DNA of 63,823 nucleotides, the filler included, from Lenisia limosa (taxonomy: Eukaryota > Protista > Breviatea), in the NCBI GenBank assembly GCA_001655205.1. It is 14 parts of 14 records of this genome, joined end to end, with 100 filler letters (N's around TTAATTAATTAA, not from the genome) between each part and the next. Parts side by side here need not be neighbours in the genome. Positions count along the whole stretch, not along the records: positions 22,747 to 27,488 come from LPNZ01006356.1; positions 27,589 to 30,988 come from LPNZ01011130.1; positions 31,089 to 33,319 come from LPNZ01005184.1; positions 33,420 to 37,962 come from LPNZ01001378.1; positions 38,063 to 39,862 come from LPNZ01001776.1; positions 39,963 to 42,728 come from LPNZ01006689.1; 8 more parts are not named here. One strand, given 5' to 3'. Shown piece after piece: positions 25,531-41,094 of this stretch. How positions within the stretch are numbered: the stretch's first letter is position 1; the number at the start of each line of letters is the position of its first letter. Both the position numbers and the translations under genes were made by a program. The notes below the pieces were generated by a model. It made no database searches. It had not been told where the DNA came from and worked only from the letters and a program-made list of their open reading frames with translations.

Positions 25531-28224
25531 ATAAAATTGCAACAAATTAAAAAAACAATATTTTTGCATTTACATCTAACTCACTGTATACAATATCACT
25601 ATGTTATTTTCAATTCAACTTATCCCGTTAATTGTATATTTACTTATCAATCTATTTAATGTGTCTATTTCTCATTTTGTAGATAGGGAGCTGCTTTAGC
25701 AACTTCGAATATGGCAGGTTGACAAATATGAAAGAATTTTATGCAGCTTCTTGTGGGTTGCAATTCTTCCCCGAATCGTTTAAGTTGGTTTTTATTTGAA
25801 TGTCTGGCATTCTTCTTTTCATGTGTTTCCCTATGATCCGGTCCAGTATTCAAATGAACGGTCTGGTCCAGTCTTTTAAAAAATTATGAACGGTCTGGGA
25901 AGAAAGAAGTGATAACAATTGAGAGAAACAGAGCGAAGGAGAGAGAGACGAAAAAAGCACTTGGCAGATATATTTTTCGGTATTGTACTCTAGTGGTTTA
26001 CAAGGTGGGTTTAAAACCTCGACTGGGTGGTATACCTCGACACAGTGCCTCGACACATCATGTGTCATTAGACTGATCTTTTTGTTTGCTTTAATCAAGA
26101 AAAAAAGTACGAACTAACAGGAGGGTCGGAGGAGCCAGGGGGGCTGCAAATATGGGAATAATGAAGTTTTTTTTTTTTTGTGATCTGAGTGTTTTTTGTG
26201 ATCCTATTTGTCCTGATTTGGTGATATTTTGTGATCTAGCTGTGATCTGTGATTGGGTCACAGGGTTAATGTCTTGAAGCTCAACATCCACAATGTCAGA
26301 GTATCGCACTAGAAGGTGGTGGTGCAAAAAAACAATAGGCCAGCAAGAATCCTAACAGCGATTGTTCTGAGGCATAAGTCATGCTTGTTGGACAACTCTC
26401 AACCACTTATCTCAATTCCCGCACATGTTTGAGTGATACGCATCCGTCGACATGCTTGGCAGCAAGGAGGAGGAGGTGTGGGCAGGGTAGGCCGATCCGT
26501 CTGCGGCCGAACAAGGTCACGTGGCTGTGAGAGAGGGGGGAGCCCTTGAGTCTTCCCTCTGTTTTGACTCTCCATTTAACCCCCTATAACGCTTGAATGA
26601 ACTGATACGATTTCACAAGACTTCTCAAGAATCAATAAGATCTTCACGAACAATGAGCAGGACAGAAACATACCTTAGGCCATGGTAGGTATTGCAAAAT
26701 AAAATATTATAAAAATTTAAATAAATTTCTACCCTAAACAGTGATTGAATACATTAATGTAGATGGTCTTTCCATATTGGGTATCTTCTTCTATACGCTT
26801 TACGGAGGAGGCGAGAGGCTTGAGAAACCGAAGGGAAAAGGAAGAAAAACTACAAGTCGCTTCTGAACACTCTCAGATTCTCTGCTATATGCTTCCACTG
26901 GCTAATCAACGAATAAAACCTGATCAAGAAAAACCCTATGTTGTTCAGAGAGCTTTTAAGGTTGGCGCCAGCGCGCTGATTACTTATGCTCAGAGAATTC
27001 AAGTCTCTTTCCCACCCTTCGCCTCTCAACAGTTATTTGGTACAGGTTAGTGCTCTAATATCTTTACCCCCCCCCAAAATGACGTAACACCACCACTCCA
27101 CCTCTGACCATTATGATTTATATAAGTGGCCGAGTTTGGCCTTGACCGCGTATTTGGCCTTGACCGCGTATCTGGCCTTGACCAGCCTACCCCATTTTCT
27201 GACACAGCTCTGCTTTTTTCAAAGACTATTTTGAGGAAATGAAGTTTTGTTCCACAAAATGTATACCAAAATGTACAAAATATGAAATTAAAACGGGCAA
27301 TTTGAAATTTTTGAACTGAACTGAAGTCACCCAGTTACCTTATCTCGATTTTTTATTTTGAAAACACCCTTTTTTTTATCAGTATATTTTTGAATTATTG
27401 CACTTGTTCATTTTGTTCTTCAAGTTCTTAATTAGGTTTGCTCCTGGATTGGTTTATTATTGTAAAATATTTGAACAATCTCTCTTTANNNNNNNNNNNN
27501 NNNNNNNNNNNNNNNNNNNNNNNNNNNNNNNNTTAATTAATTAANNNNNNNNNNNNNNNNNNNNNNNNNNNNNNNNNNNNNNNNNNNNTTTGATGAGATC
27601 ATTCTCCGAGTTCGCAAATGTGCTTCAGGTGTAGAGTGGGAGGTCTATGTTTGCCAGGCTTCATTCTGATGTTTTTTTTTTTGATAATATTTTACAATTT
27701 TATGCAATATTACTTCTTCAATTCCCGTATTTCTCACACATTTTTGACAACATACTTAGGTCCCTTGGCCAAATGGTCTTCAAACTGATCCCCACAATGC
27801 CCCGTCCATCAGCCTCACGCACTCCCCTTCTCTCGACACCATCTGATGAACTTCCGTCTTTGGTATGTCTGGTGAACCTGAAAACGTGATGGGAAATCTT
27901 CATTTATATATGCTTGTCTTTACTCTTGATATTCGAATCAAAATATGGTGATTGATATAGACACCTTCTCCGGTTCCAGCACTACAACGCACCTTCGGTT
28001 TCATCCATCATCTCTCATCATCGGCACCACCCCCGCAACCCGAAGTTATCCAACCAGTGGGCATGATGTTGATGTTTAGGGGGGGGGGGGCGNNNNNNNN
28101 NNNNNNNNNNNNNNNNNNNNNNNNNNNNNNNNNNNNNNNNNNNNNNNNNNNNNNNNNNNNNNNNNNNNNNNNNNNNNAACTCATATTCCACGATTGTCCA
28201 TCTAATTTCCATGATATCGATATA

Positions 28225-29513
28225 TGTGGTTCCTCAGAGCTCCGGGCATCATTCAAAATTCACCGAACACATCAAAACAGCTTGAAGTTGACACCTTGTA
28301 TAGGCCAATGTTAGTGTTTTTTCAAAAAATATGCTTCGACAGATAAATAGAGAAATGGACCTTCTAATGTTCCCCAACTTTTTTTTTCAATTTTGAGCAA
28401 ATGTTAAAAATCCGTGAATTTCTTTCCTTTTTTAGTGTTAAGAAACAAAAATTTGCACCCATCGGAGTAATTGGTTCCCCTTTGCTTTGGCTATATAATG
28501 GTGAATTTTGAGAGAAAAATGCCCAAAAAGCACTGTCTACAAGGGTGAACTTTCCCAGATAGTTGCCATTTATTCCTTGAATGCTGCCTTTTATAACGGT
28601 TTTTGCGTGTTTTTGACAGTATTTGGACCGTAAATAAAGAGCTTAGGGACTTAATGTGGTTTTGACCCGACAATAAAAAAAGTAGGCCTTTTATCCTTCG
28701 ATTAAGATTGAAATTACTTTCGAAAACAAAAGGAAAATAGGGTTAATGATGATTTTATATGGAAAACTCAAGCTGTCCGGGAGTGTGTGTCCGGTGAATT
28801 TTGAATGATGTCTGGTGCTTTGACTATACGTTTTATATATATATATGTGGGTCCTCAAAGCTCCGGACATCATTCAAAATTCCCGGACACATCAAAACTC
28901 CCGGACAGCTTGAAGTTGACACCTTGTATAGGCCATTGCTAGTGTTTTTTGAAAAATAAATGCTTCGACAGATACATAGAGAAATGGACCTCCTGATGTT
29001 CCCTAACTTTTTTTTTTCAGTTTGAGCAAATGTCAAAAATCCGTGAATTTGGTCTCCCGGGGGGTCCCCCTTTTGCCTTTTCACAGGATTTTTTTCTGAA
29101 TCTTACCCTCTTTTAGTGTAAGAAACAAAAATTTGTACCCCTCGGAGTATTGGTTCCGGGTTCCCATTTGCTTTGGCTATTTAATGGTGAATTTCGAGGA
29201 AAAAATGCTAAAAATAGCACTGTCTACAGGGGTAAACTTTTCCGGAGAGTTGCCATTTATTCCTTGAATATGGCCTTTTATAACGGTTTTTGCTTGTTTT
29301 TGACCGTTTTTGGACCGTAAATAGAGAGCTTAGGGACTTAATTTGGTTTTGACCCGATAATATGTTAAATTGGGGTTTCATTATTTGATTAAGATTGAGA
29401 TTACTTTCAAAAACAGAAGGGAAATAGGGTTTCTGGGTGGTTTCTGGTGATTTTGTATGGAAAACTCAAGCTGTCCGGGAATTTTGAATGATGTCCGGAG
29501 CTTTGACTATACA
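28225..29513. mobile_element. Family F non-autonomous long-TIR element, two head-to-tail copies (28225-28830, 28846-29513); third copy 48310-48823
   Basis: About 600-670 bp, highly similar copies, ~70-bp imperfect TIRs with CCGGAC repeats, TGT...ACA termini next to (TA)n; no ORF. Confidence 0.8.
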
Positions 29514-29625
29514 TATATATATTATATATCGATATATATAATAAATAATACTATTATTTTTTGATATTCTGGGTGAAGCTTTGAGCCTGTGAGTTCAAAC
29601 CAATTAATCAAGCCTAACCTTGTAG

Positions 29626-30672
29626 AAAAAGAAGCTTAAGAAGTACATCGAAGGCCTCTTCGGTGACGACATTGGGACCTACGCGTGCCTCATCGATATG
29701 CTCAGTGCTGTCCAGAAACCGAAGGGACGTGCAGCCCTCTTGGAGGGTTGTTCCGCAGTCAAAGATGTTCAGGTTTGCTCTCTAAATTTTCCCCTTCTCA
29801 TATACAAATGAAAGCATAGTCGAAGCCATATCGATATTCAAATAGCTGCTCTCATATTTGCCACTTTAAAATTTTGAGTTAGTACTTCTTGATTTTGCTA
29901 TATAGAATTGAGTAGTACTAGCTATATGTAACTCATAATTAAATACGGAAAATGCTGCACAAATACGTAAATCTCACGTTTTTAGTAAATAATTAGCGTT
30001 GATTTACCCCCTTTTTTAGACCCCAATAGGACAACAGGCGTTCGAAACCCTTTCATCCATCTTCTTTGCCGCATTCACCGCAGTGATGGTGGGTGGGGGG
30101 AATATTTATTTTGTACTACTTTGCTGGAATAGGCGACCTTTTTACACCATTTTCCACCAATATAAGCCATTTCACCCAAATAATTACTGTAGAAATGCGA
30201 GGACTACATGTGCGGAAGACAGCTGATGTCATTTTCTAACAAAATCACAACTTGCACTGGACACTCGCAGAAGTGGGGGGGGGGGGGNNNNNNNNNNNNN
30301 NNNNNNNNNNNNNNNNNNNNNNNNNNNNNNNNNNNNNNNNNNNNNNNNNNNNNNNNNNNNNNNNNNNNNNNNNNNNNNNNNNNNNNNNNNNNNNNNNNNN
30401 NNNAATCGAAGGCAATATTTCGGGTTTTGTATTAGCACTATTCTCATCTTACCCTTCCAGATGCCTCTCCACCAACATCAAAAGTCACCCAATCTGGTAA
30501 GCCTTAGTCCATCCGTGACTGTGCTCCTTCAGTAGAACAATTAGACGAAATATTTCCTTGGGTCCATATTTCGTCACCCCTTTGAAACCATACTATTTTT
30601 AACAACCTTAGGGCCAAGTATAAGTACTGGGAGGCGTGCTTCTTCTTCATTATCACTGAGCGACGCCAAGAG
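29626..30672 (+). CDS. Fragment of a protein with an SBF2-like (DENN/myotubularin-associated) domain
   Basis: Exons give QQAFETLSSIFFAAFTAVM|KCEDYMCGRQLMSFS...IKSHPIW|AKYKYWEACFFFII. The F..L...DY....L and HPIW...WE..FF pattern resembles SBF2 domains (recognised by eye). Confidence 0.5.
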
Positions 30673-31088
30673 GTTTGGACTCGACATATCTCGTTGCCCC
30701 CTCACCTCCAATCTTTCAAAACTATGATATATAGCTCTCGGCTGGTTGCGATGTTTTATTTCGTTCCCATGGAGTATGTATTAGCTCTCTACAAGTCTGC
30801 CTACTCATATTCCCCTTTCAGCTTTACAAGGGTTCCTTCAAAAAATACATCAACAACCTTCGCGACTGCTCTGAGGAAGATGTGAGGGGAGAGGAGGCTG
30901 GGGGGTAGTGCCTGAGTGTAGCTAGGGTTGCTATTTTGCCAAATATTGAAGTTGTATTGTTTTAAAACGATTTTATTTTTGGAAACTANNNNNNNNNNNN
31001 NNNNNNNNNNNNNNNNNNNNNNNNNNNNNNNNTTAATTAATTAANNNNNNNNNNNNNNNNNNNNNNNNNNNNNNNNNNNNNNNNNNNN

Positions 31089-33209
<2,121 letters not shown>

Positions 33210-34979
33210 CTTTAACAGTGAGAAAATAGAGGATAAATAAAATGAGTGAAGGATATATATATGTATATGTATATAGCAATGAGAAATAAAAAATAAGGTT
33301 ATATCTGGCCGAAGTCGTCNNNNNNNNNNNNNNNNNNNNNNNNNNNNNNNNNNNNNNNNNNNNTTAATTAATTAANNNNNNNNNNNNNNNNNNNNNNNNN
33401 NNNNNNNNNNNNNNNNNNNCCTGCACCCCCCCCCCCTTCTCAGTATTCCTTACTTCCCACAGGCCCCACTATTGCCAGATATACAGCGGTTAATCAATGT
33501 GGAGTAGAGGTTTCTTTTATTATTTAGGTTGAGTAATGTAATTATAGTGTACAGTATGACTGAGGGAAGAGCAGTGACAACAGTCAATCTTTTGTCATGT
33601 AGGAAAAGAGTAAAATACATCCACAAAATCTAAAAAAGAAAAATTAATATACAGTCGTAAAAAAATAAGAAAGCAGAATCGGACTCACAGACATCCAACC
33701 CATTCTTCAGGGTCATACAGAGGGAAGTGGGGTAAACCGGTTCAGCTGTTCTTCATTGCCACTCTCAGTTGCATGTACTCATCATATGTTGATGGCATTG
33801 GCTGTGGTGGTACGGGCATAGGGGACATTGTGAGGTGGGTGCGGTCTGCAATGTCAGGTTTTGGTTTGTGTGAAAAAGTATCATAAAAAAGTTAAAATAC
33901 TCGAACATGCTTTGTGGAGAAATATGAAGAAGTGAAAAGAGGCGTCCAAGCTTCTATCGGGTCAATTTCGGGGTGTGGCTCATTGAATAAGTCAAGAGTA
34001 CCCATCTTGGAACAAAGTGCAAAATAAAATCAAAAGTCATTCAAAGAAACAAAATAAAGAAGAAATAGCGAGGATGTGGTATACTCACTTCAAAGGCAGG
34101 ATTGAAGTGAAGAAATTCAACACTCAAATAAAAACATAAAATGAAACGCGGAATGGGAGGTCCATAGGGCTGAAATTTTGAATATACTTCAGAAAAAAAG
34201 TTTAAATTTGATCTATTAGCGTATGGAGTAAAGCAAACGATTTTACAATCGGCAAACCTCCCAACAAAGTTGGCAGAAAAGGTGGAAATTCAGTTCATCT
34301 TAGAGTGGATTCTCTTCCAAATATGCCCTTAATAAAAGCCAAAAACCTTCCTTCATACATTGGTATTGCTGCTCATGGATAAAGAGTGGCGATAGCGATG
34401 GGGTCACTGGGTGTGAGTCGCATTGTCGCTTGGAAGAAACATTGTCTGACGGAGATCTACTTCTTTTGAGTGGAGACTGCTGGCCTTGATAATGCGATGT
34501 CAACAAACTCGTAGGTGTTAGAGGGGACAATGTGAGTGGGGAAGGGGCAACTAGGCGGGGCTGTGGGAAGAAAACACTCATTTCAGCCCTGTCTTCAGGA
34601 TATTGTGATCATGTTCCTTTTTATATACCTTTCAATGAACAATAATATTAACTAGGCCGGTTATTTCCATTTTTAAATCACAATTTTCCGAAATGTGTAC
34701 CCCCGCTGTTATACCATATATAGATAAAATTTTCTTGAGAAAAAAGAAACTAAATACTGTTGTAGGATATTATTTGAAGCTAAACTATAACGCAGATTCA
34801 ATTTCCAACAGCAATACCCTTTTTTGTGTCTTCATTTGTTTCTAATCTTTCAATAGACTGTCATATATCCCCTTGCACTTGGGTGTTATGGGATGAATTA
34901 TGTAAACTAGAAGCTCGTCAGCATGTAATTGTCGGAGTCTTCATTTTTGTATTATTTCTCCGACTAATGCCGTCTCCAG

Positions 34980-37322
34980 CCCCTCCTCCAACTCCTGTCG
35001 GGGTTGGAAAGATCCCAAAATCATTCAAGGCTGATATTACGAAGTAAGTAGCCTGCTTGCGATGACCTTCTCTAACCTCTTAGACTTTTGAAGAAGGATC
35101 CAAGAAAGAGACTTTCTGTATGGGAATACCAGAGATTCTTTCCTGCGCCTTTAATTGATATTAATATTAACGAATAAATTGAGCCCACGATGAGATTGTA
35201 TTTTTTTTTGGAACATGTGCTAAGCGTGGCGAAAGTTCGAGAACTATCTAAAAGCAGCATCCCGATATGATGTCGCAATCTACTGAAAGCTGATCGGATT
35301 TCATTATCAATCGTTACTTCTAAGTTTTCAAAAGCCAAAACCCCCCTCCACCCCCCATGTTGTTGCTTCGGTCACTGACCCATTTTAGACAGCCGAGCGG
35401 ACAGCCATTGTCCAGGGTCTTCTGCCCCATCTTCGCGACAGAGCTTTTGGTAGGTTCAATTGCAATGGGGTGTTATTCTCTTCTGTAAGTCATTGATTAC
35501 CATGGATTGATACGATGCCTGCTCTAACACCCAAGGATACTCTCAGGTCATGAATGTGATCCTGGGTGTTATATTATATGTATAGTTCATCAGACATCAA
35601 GTTTTTTTTTTGAAAAAGGATTTTATTTTTTTCACTGTTTCAGTGTATAGCGACTCTGTCCAACGCCTTGAGTACTCCAACCTGCTTCTTGACCTGTTGG
35701 GGGGAGCTTACAGCAAAATATCCAAAGGGTTTTTGTGTGTTGTGTTCTTTTGTTCTCATTGGTTTGAAGGCAGGTCACTGGTAGACCCTTATCCTTTGAA
35801 CTGCTTCATTTTAGGTTTCAAAACCTTGCTGTGAGGAATTATGATGCTCTAGGTTCTCCTTTATCTTCACGACAGTCTACGATGTTGCCGGCTTCCCGGG
35901 TGGGAGGAAAGCCTATTTCTCCACACTTTCAAACATTCTGATCCGGTAGGGGGTGTGGAGGTGAAACAACTTGGGCTGCACGTGTGTGGAGGCAGAAAAG
36001 CGCTTTCGACAATTCAGTCTTTTTTTGAGTTTTCTAAAAGGAGTGATCAAAATAGAGACTATCAAAATGTCCTTGCCATCTTCCTTATCACACCATCATC
36101 ATCAACCATCAAAACAAATCTACCTGTGCTTACGTCCACCCCAGTGATGAGTTTGGTTTGAACTGGCTCTTCCCTGACCGTGTATCTGGGGCCGCTATCA
36201 AGGTGAGGTGGCGCGTTGTCGGACTTGCTGAAAACATAATATCATTATTGTATTTGTGACACTTAAGGCTCTCGCCCGAGATCCAACCAACGAGCTGATT
36301 GCCTCACATAACGTCAAATTGCCTCCAGAAGAACTCGCAGTATGGGGGCTGCAAGGACCTCTTTTTTGTGTGTGAAATGATCTCAGTCTTGGGTCCTGTT
36401 CTCATGGCTGTCTTTTTATTTTATTATTAATGTAATAATGTTAGGTTGCTAAGCGATACCGTGAATTGCTCTGCAAATCCGCTTCTTATGCCATTGTTTG
36501 TGGGGACAGTCGCTGCTTTTAGAGTCAAAGCATCATTAGCCATAATATGTAACACAAGAGTCTACGGTTGGAAGAAGTGGCACGTCCTTTGACCTGTTTT
36601 AGGAAAAGGTGAAGTTCTCAGCTGGTGGTGATGACCCCCTCTTCCTCTTTTGTTGCAGGGTTTTCGCTGTCACTGCTATGGTAGGCTTAAGACGAGGGTA
36701 TAGTTCTTGCTGCTGCTCTATTTTTTTGCCGTGTTCCTGAATTTACAAGTTAATCTGTTAGAAAGCCTTCAACAATTTCTTGTTTTTTTTTATAATTTTT
36801 TTTTACCCCTCCCAGCGCATTCCCGTCCTCTCTGGTGTTCTTCTGCCCTTTGTATCTGGTCTGGACCGGAACTGCTCCCAGTCGAGGTGAGGCCAAGGGG
36901 TTTGCTGCAGTCGATGCTAAGATCAATGGACCCGTTAGACTCTCATTGTGATTAATTATAACTGTCCCAAAATAAAGGGGTGGTGATGCAGAGAAGTTTC
37001 CATGCAATGTGTTCAACCATTGTGGGACCCCCTCCTATTGGCTAACGAATGTAGCAAAGACGACCTCAACCGAATCCGTTGCAGCGCCATGGGTATTGAC
37101 TTTGAAACCGCCAAAAAGAACAAAGATAGTGGGCCGCATTTTTATTATGAACCTGAGTAACATATTTTCTACATCGATATAAGCATGCTCTTTATAACAC
37201 CATGTTCTCCACCCCGACCTGACCCCAGATTTCTTCGAACCGGACGACACGTTCTTTAAGCTCCTGAGATATCGCCAGCAGTTGGCATTTGCCAGTGAAG
37301 CTCTTGGCGGCACCCCCTGTTA
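34980..37322 (+). CDS. Hypothetical multi-exon protein (3' part)
   Basis: Series of GT-AG bounded exons, e.g. TAERTAIVQGLLPHLRDRAF|VYSDSVQRLEYSNLLLDLLGG, ALARDPTNELIASHNVKLPPEELA and a terminal VLHPDLTPDFFEPDDTFFKLLRYRQQLAFASEALGGTPC*. Confidence 0.5.
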
Positions 37323-37506
37323 GAGGGAAGGGTGTATTATTATTTGTATGTGTATTATTATTACACTAAAAAAAGGGGGGTACTTTGTGTTGTTTATTTT
37401 TGCTTCACCTTCCTTTTCACCTTTTTAGCCTTGAAATTTGACCCGAATAAAGCTGATGAATGGCTGAAATAGTGAGAGGGGGGAGGGGCTCGCTGTCTGT
37501 TACAAC

Positions 37507-37606
37507 TAGGACTTCACTTCAGTTGGAACAATGTCGGTAATAATCGATAATTTTTCGAAGATTTATCGAGAAATTCAGTCTTTTTTCGAACCAGTGTTAA
37601 GCCCTC
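37507..37606. mobile_element. Family A hAT-type MITE, A1 subtype
   Basis: Degenerate TIRs; perfect 8-bp TSD GTTACAAC on both sides. Confidence 0.85.
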
Positions 37607-38858
37607 GTTACAACTTAGTGTCATGTTAAATGCTTAAGGGAGGAATGGGGGATATTGAGACTTTACTGTACTTTATTCAATTTGCCTGGATGTAGTACAA
37701 GGTAATGAATAATCTCTATAATTTCATACTGGACGACATCAGAAACGATTTTTTTTTTCAATTTATCACACTCATTTCCCAGTCTTGCACCATCCTACAA
37801 GCAAGGCGAACGCTTCAACCGGCTGTGTGTTGAAATGTGCATCTCAGCTGCCTGGGTCCTGCGGTCTTCTTTCCATCACAATGTGGGGGGTTGGGCATTA
37901 ATAGCAAATCAATGTATAGGGGAAAGGACCCAAATCCTGGCGGTTTGAAGCTGTTTCTTATCNNNNNNNNNNNNNNNNNNNNNNNNNNNNNNNNNNNNNN
38001 NNNNNNTTAATTAATTAANNNNNNNNNNNNNNNNNNNNNNNNNNNNNNNNNNNNNNNNNNNNGTTTCTAAAAAGCGTTCGCGTTCATGGGAGTGTTCGCG
38101 TTCATGTATAGTCACCTATATATATAAGGAGTAATGCTAGACGTCTTGGTTGATTGTTCACAGGATATGAAAAGGATATGACAAACGTGACATAATTATA
38201 AGTTATATATACAGTGACCGGGATAAGTCTCTTTTGAGAATCGTTCAAGACGTATCCCGGTCACTATAATTCAAAATGGCACTTTATCATGCATTAGGCC
38301 CCTTCCGGATTCACGATTCTTCCGCACCAATCTGAAGGCGACCAGATTCCCTGTGATTCTGGCCGCGTGGTTCAGAATAACGCTTGCTTACCTTGTCGTG
38401 ATGGAACGGAACTGACATCTGGCAATGTAGGTTATTGTATTCTTGTTGGTCTGTATTTTATCAAGAAATTTGTTGTTTTTGTGTTTATTTCCTTGATACA
38501 TAATAGTATATCGATATGATGTATAATATTTGATATATGCTGTATGCCTAAATAGCACATCTTCTGCGCAAGCGCTGGAGCTCTGTGATCCTAATTTCAA
38601 TAAAGACTTTACTGCAAAAACGCATTTAACGGTTTCAGTGTATTGCGGTCCGCGGATACGATCACACTACAAGAAAAATATGTCCTTTGGTAGGGATGAC
38701 AATTTTGTTATTCGTCGTTAATGCGATTGTACGTGTTCTTGCTATTTGATTTTGAGGATCTGATTTCAAAAAAGCAATCTGTGCTTCGTTTTCGGAAATA
38801 TTAGTCAGAATACCACTTTTTTCTTTCTCGGAATCCTCAATTATTTATTGATTTTCAG

Positions 38859-39701
38859 GGGTCTTACAACACGGATTTGAGTGGACCGTGTGACACTTGT
38901 CTTGTTGGCTATACCACAAGGAAGATCGGTGAACAGTATATGGGGGTCACTCAGTATTACCGTCTAATCCTTTTCTAAAGTATCACCAGTACCGTTCGCT
39001 TTGGTTAACTAATTTTTAAAACAAAACAATGAACATTAGTACATACATGGACATTTAGCTCTGTCGTTAGCAATCACATCAGTACTTCGTTGTCACTGTA
39101 TATTATCTCTGTATATTATTGCTTTTCATGATAACAGTTCCTGAAACAGTAGAAAATTTCAAACAGTAATCGTGATTTTGTTTTACTTTTCCAGATTCAA
39201 CTCCTGTGCATGTGACCGAGGCTATGGGTTCAATATAGGGACTGGAAGGTAAATGGGTGGAAGCCCTTAAGTTGCCAAGCGCTGTATTTGGAAAATCCGT
39301 TTATTTGAAAAATCGCTTCATTTGAAAAGCGCTTCATATGAAAGGAGCAGGAAGTTATTCTTCTTATACGTGGGGCTGTTTATTTGAACAATGATACTAA
39401 TTAATATTATTTATTTCCCAAAATCTCCTTGAAGTGTGACAGCTTCGTCCATAAGATACAACTTATATTAATTTATCATTCTGCATCTTTATATCATTAT
39501 TGAACCGATGCGGTCCCCCCCCCCCACGGTTCGCATTTACATCTTTCAGATGCGTAGGAATCCTTTAACTACATACCTTGAAGAGTTATGACTAAATGAT
39601 TGATTTCCAAAGTATTTTTCTTCCCTTTTGATGCAGTGTAGTTGTGAGTCTTGCAATAAGGGTTTCTTTAAGGCTACTATTGGAGGAGACCAATGCCAAA
39701 A
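38859..39701 (+). CDS. Cys-rich ectodomain protein fragment with GCC2_GCC3/ephrin-receptor-like repeats
   Basis: Exons GSYNTDLSGPCDTCLVGYTTRKI, FNSCACDRGYGFNIGTG and CSCESCNKGFFKATIGGDQCQK show the C..C..G[YF]...G repeat pattern. Confidence 0.6.
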
Positions 39702-41094
39702 GTAAGTGGCTGTTTGTGTACATGACTTTATCGTAAATTTACGTTTTTTTTTCATGTGCGCATTCGGGTTCTTCAAAATTTAACGCAAACTAACGTAAAT
39801 TACATATAGGTGACCCCACATAACCGTACCCAGCCACATAACCGTACCCACTTTCATAAAAANNNNNNNNNNNNNNNNNNNNNNNNNNNNNNNNNNNNNN
39901 NNNNNNTTAATTAATTAANNNNNNNNNNNNNNNNNNNNNNNNNNNNNNNNNNNNNNNNNNNNGATAAGTGGATCCAAGCCGGTGTTTCCCTCCTGCTCGA
40001 CCCCAACTAAGCCAATGTTCTGCATTAATATAGCCTTTTATCTTTTCCCTCCTGCTCGACCCCAACTAAGCCAATGGCCTTTTATCTTTTCATTACTTCA
40101 AAACCTCTGGGGAAACAGATGAATGGACTGTAGGAAGAGCTTCACTTCTAGTCATAAAAAAGCTAAGTCGATGCGCCATAGTGAAAATGTTTTCCGTAGA
40201 AAAGCCCGCAAATATATCCAAAGTTGCGTGCTCAAAAATAATGATATGCTTTTTTTTTATTTTATCAAAAACTTGTCAATCGCAGTGATAATAAAAAAGT
40301 GAAGTATGGTATTGCTATGATATTAACGCAAGACGAGTTAAGAGCGAGTGAATATGTGAATATTGAACAATTATTGGAAGTGGAAATATGGCGGAATTGA
40401 CGTCTGTGTTGGATGTCTACACCCCCAGATTTTTGAATATTTAAGTTAACAAATCCAATTTCCCTGGACGCCGGCGGGTATATTCTCGGAAAATTAGTCC
40501 CTTCCTTATATCTTATTTCATGAGGCCCGGGGCGCCCCGGGAAAATCCAATAGAAGAGCAAAGGGAGCAACGGAGCAATGTCCTTCCTATAATAAGTAGT
40601 TAGTTAGTTGGTTAGTTAGTAGTTTGCAGCAGGCTAGCAGAAAAACACCAGCCTAGTTCTCCCCTGCTGGTTTATTCAAGCTGAATGTTAATAAAAATGA
40701 GTCTCTTATGACCTGGCAGGTACAATGCCGGTGTTGAAGTACCTTGACCACAGTAAGAGGAAAGGGGTTTCTTTCCTCAGAGGAAAGGGAAAGGGGATTC
40801 TATTCGTGTGGAAGGGGTTGACTCCATAATCTCCTACTTTCCTGTGGTCTTTATAGCTGCCATGTGTGGGCTTGTTTATTATGGAGAGTTTAATCTCATG
40901 AGAAGGTTTTTTTTGGGACAAGAGAAATAATATACATTAGAAATTTAGGGGAAACAAAAAGAATACAATGGCTTGTCTAAAAATGGGGTGGCTCTTTGAA
41001 AAAACGTTTGTAGTTGCGAAAATTAACCTTTTATTTTTTAATTTTGTTCATAAAAATACCACTTTTAATCTCCCAATTTTACCCCCCCCCCCAG

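Noticed and set aside
35050-35125. Protein kinase call from KLLKKDPRKRLS
   Set aside because: It resembles subdomain XI only; no HRD, DFG or APE motifs were found in the adjacent exons.
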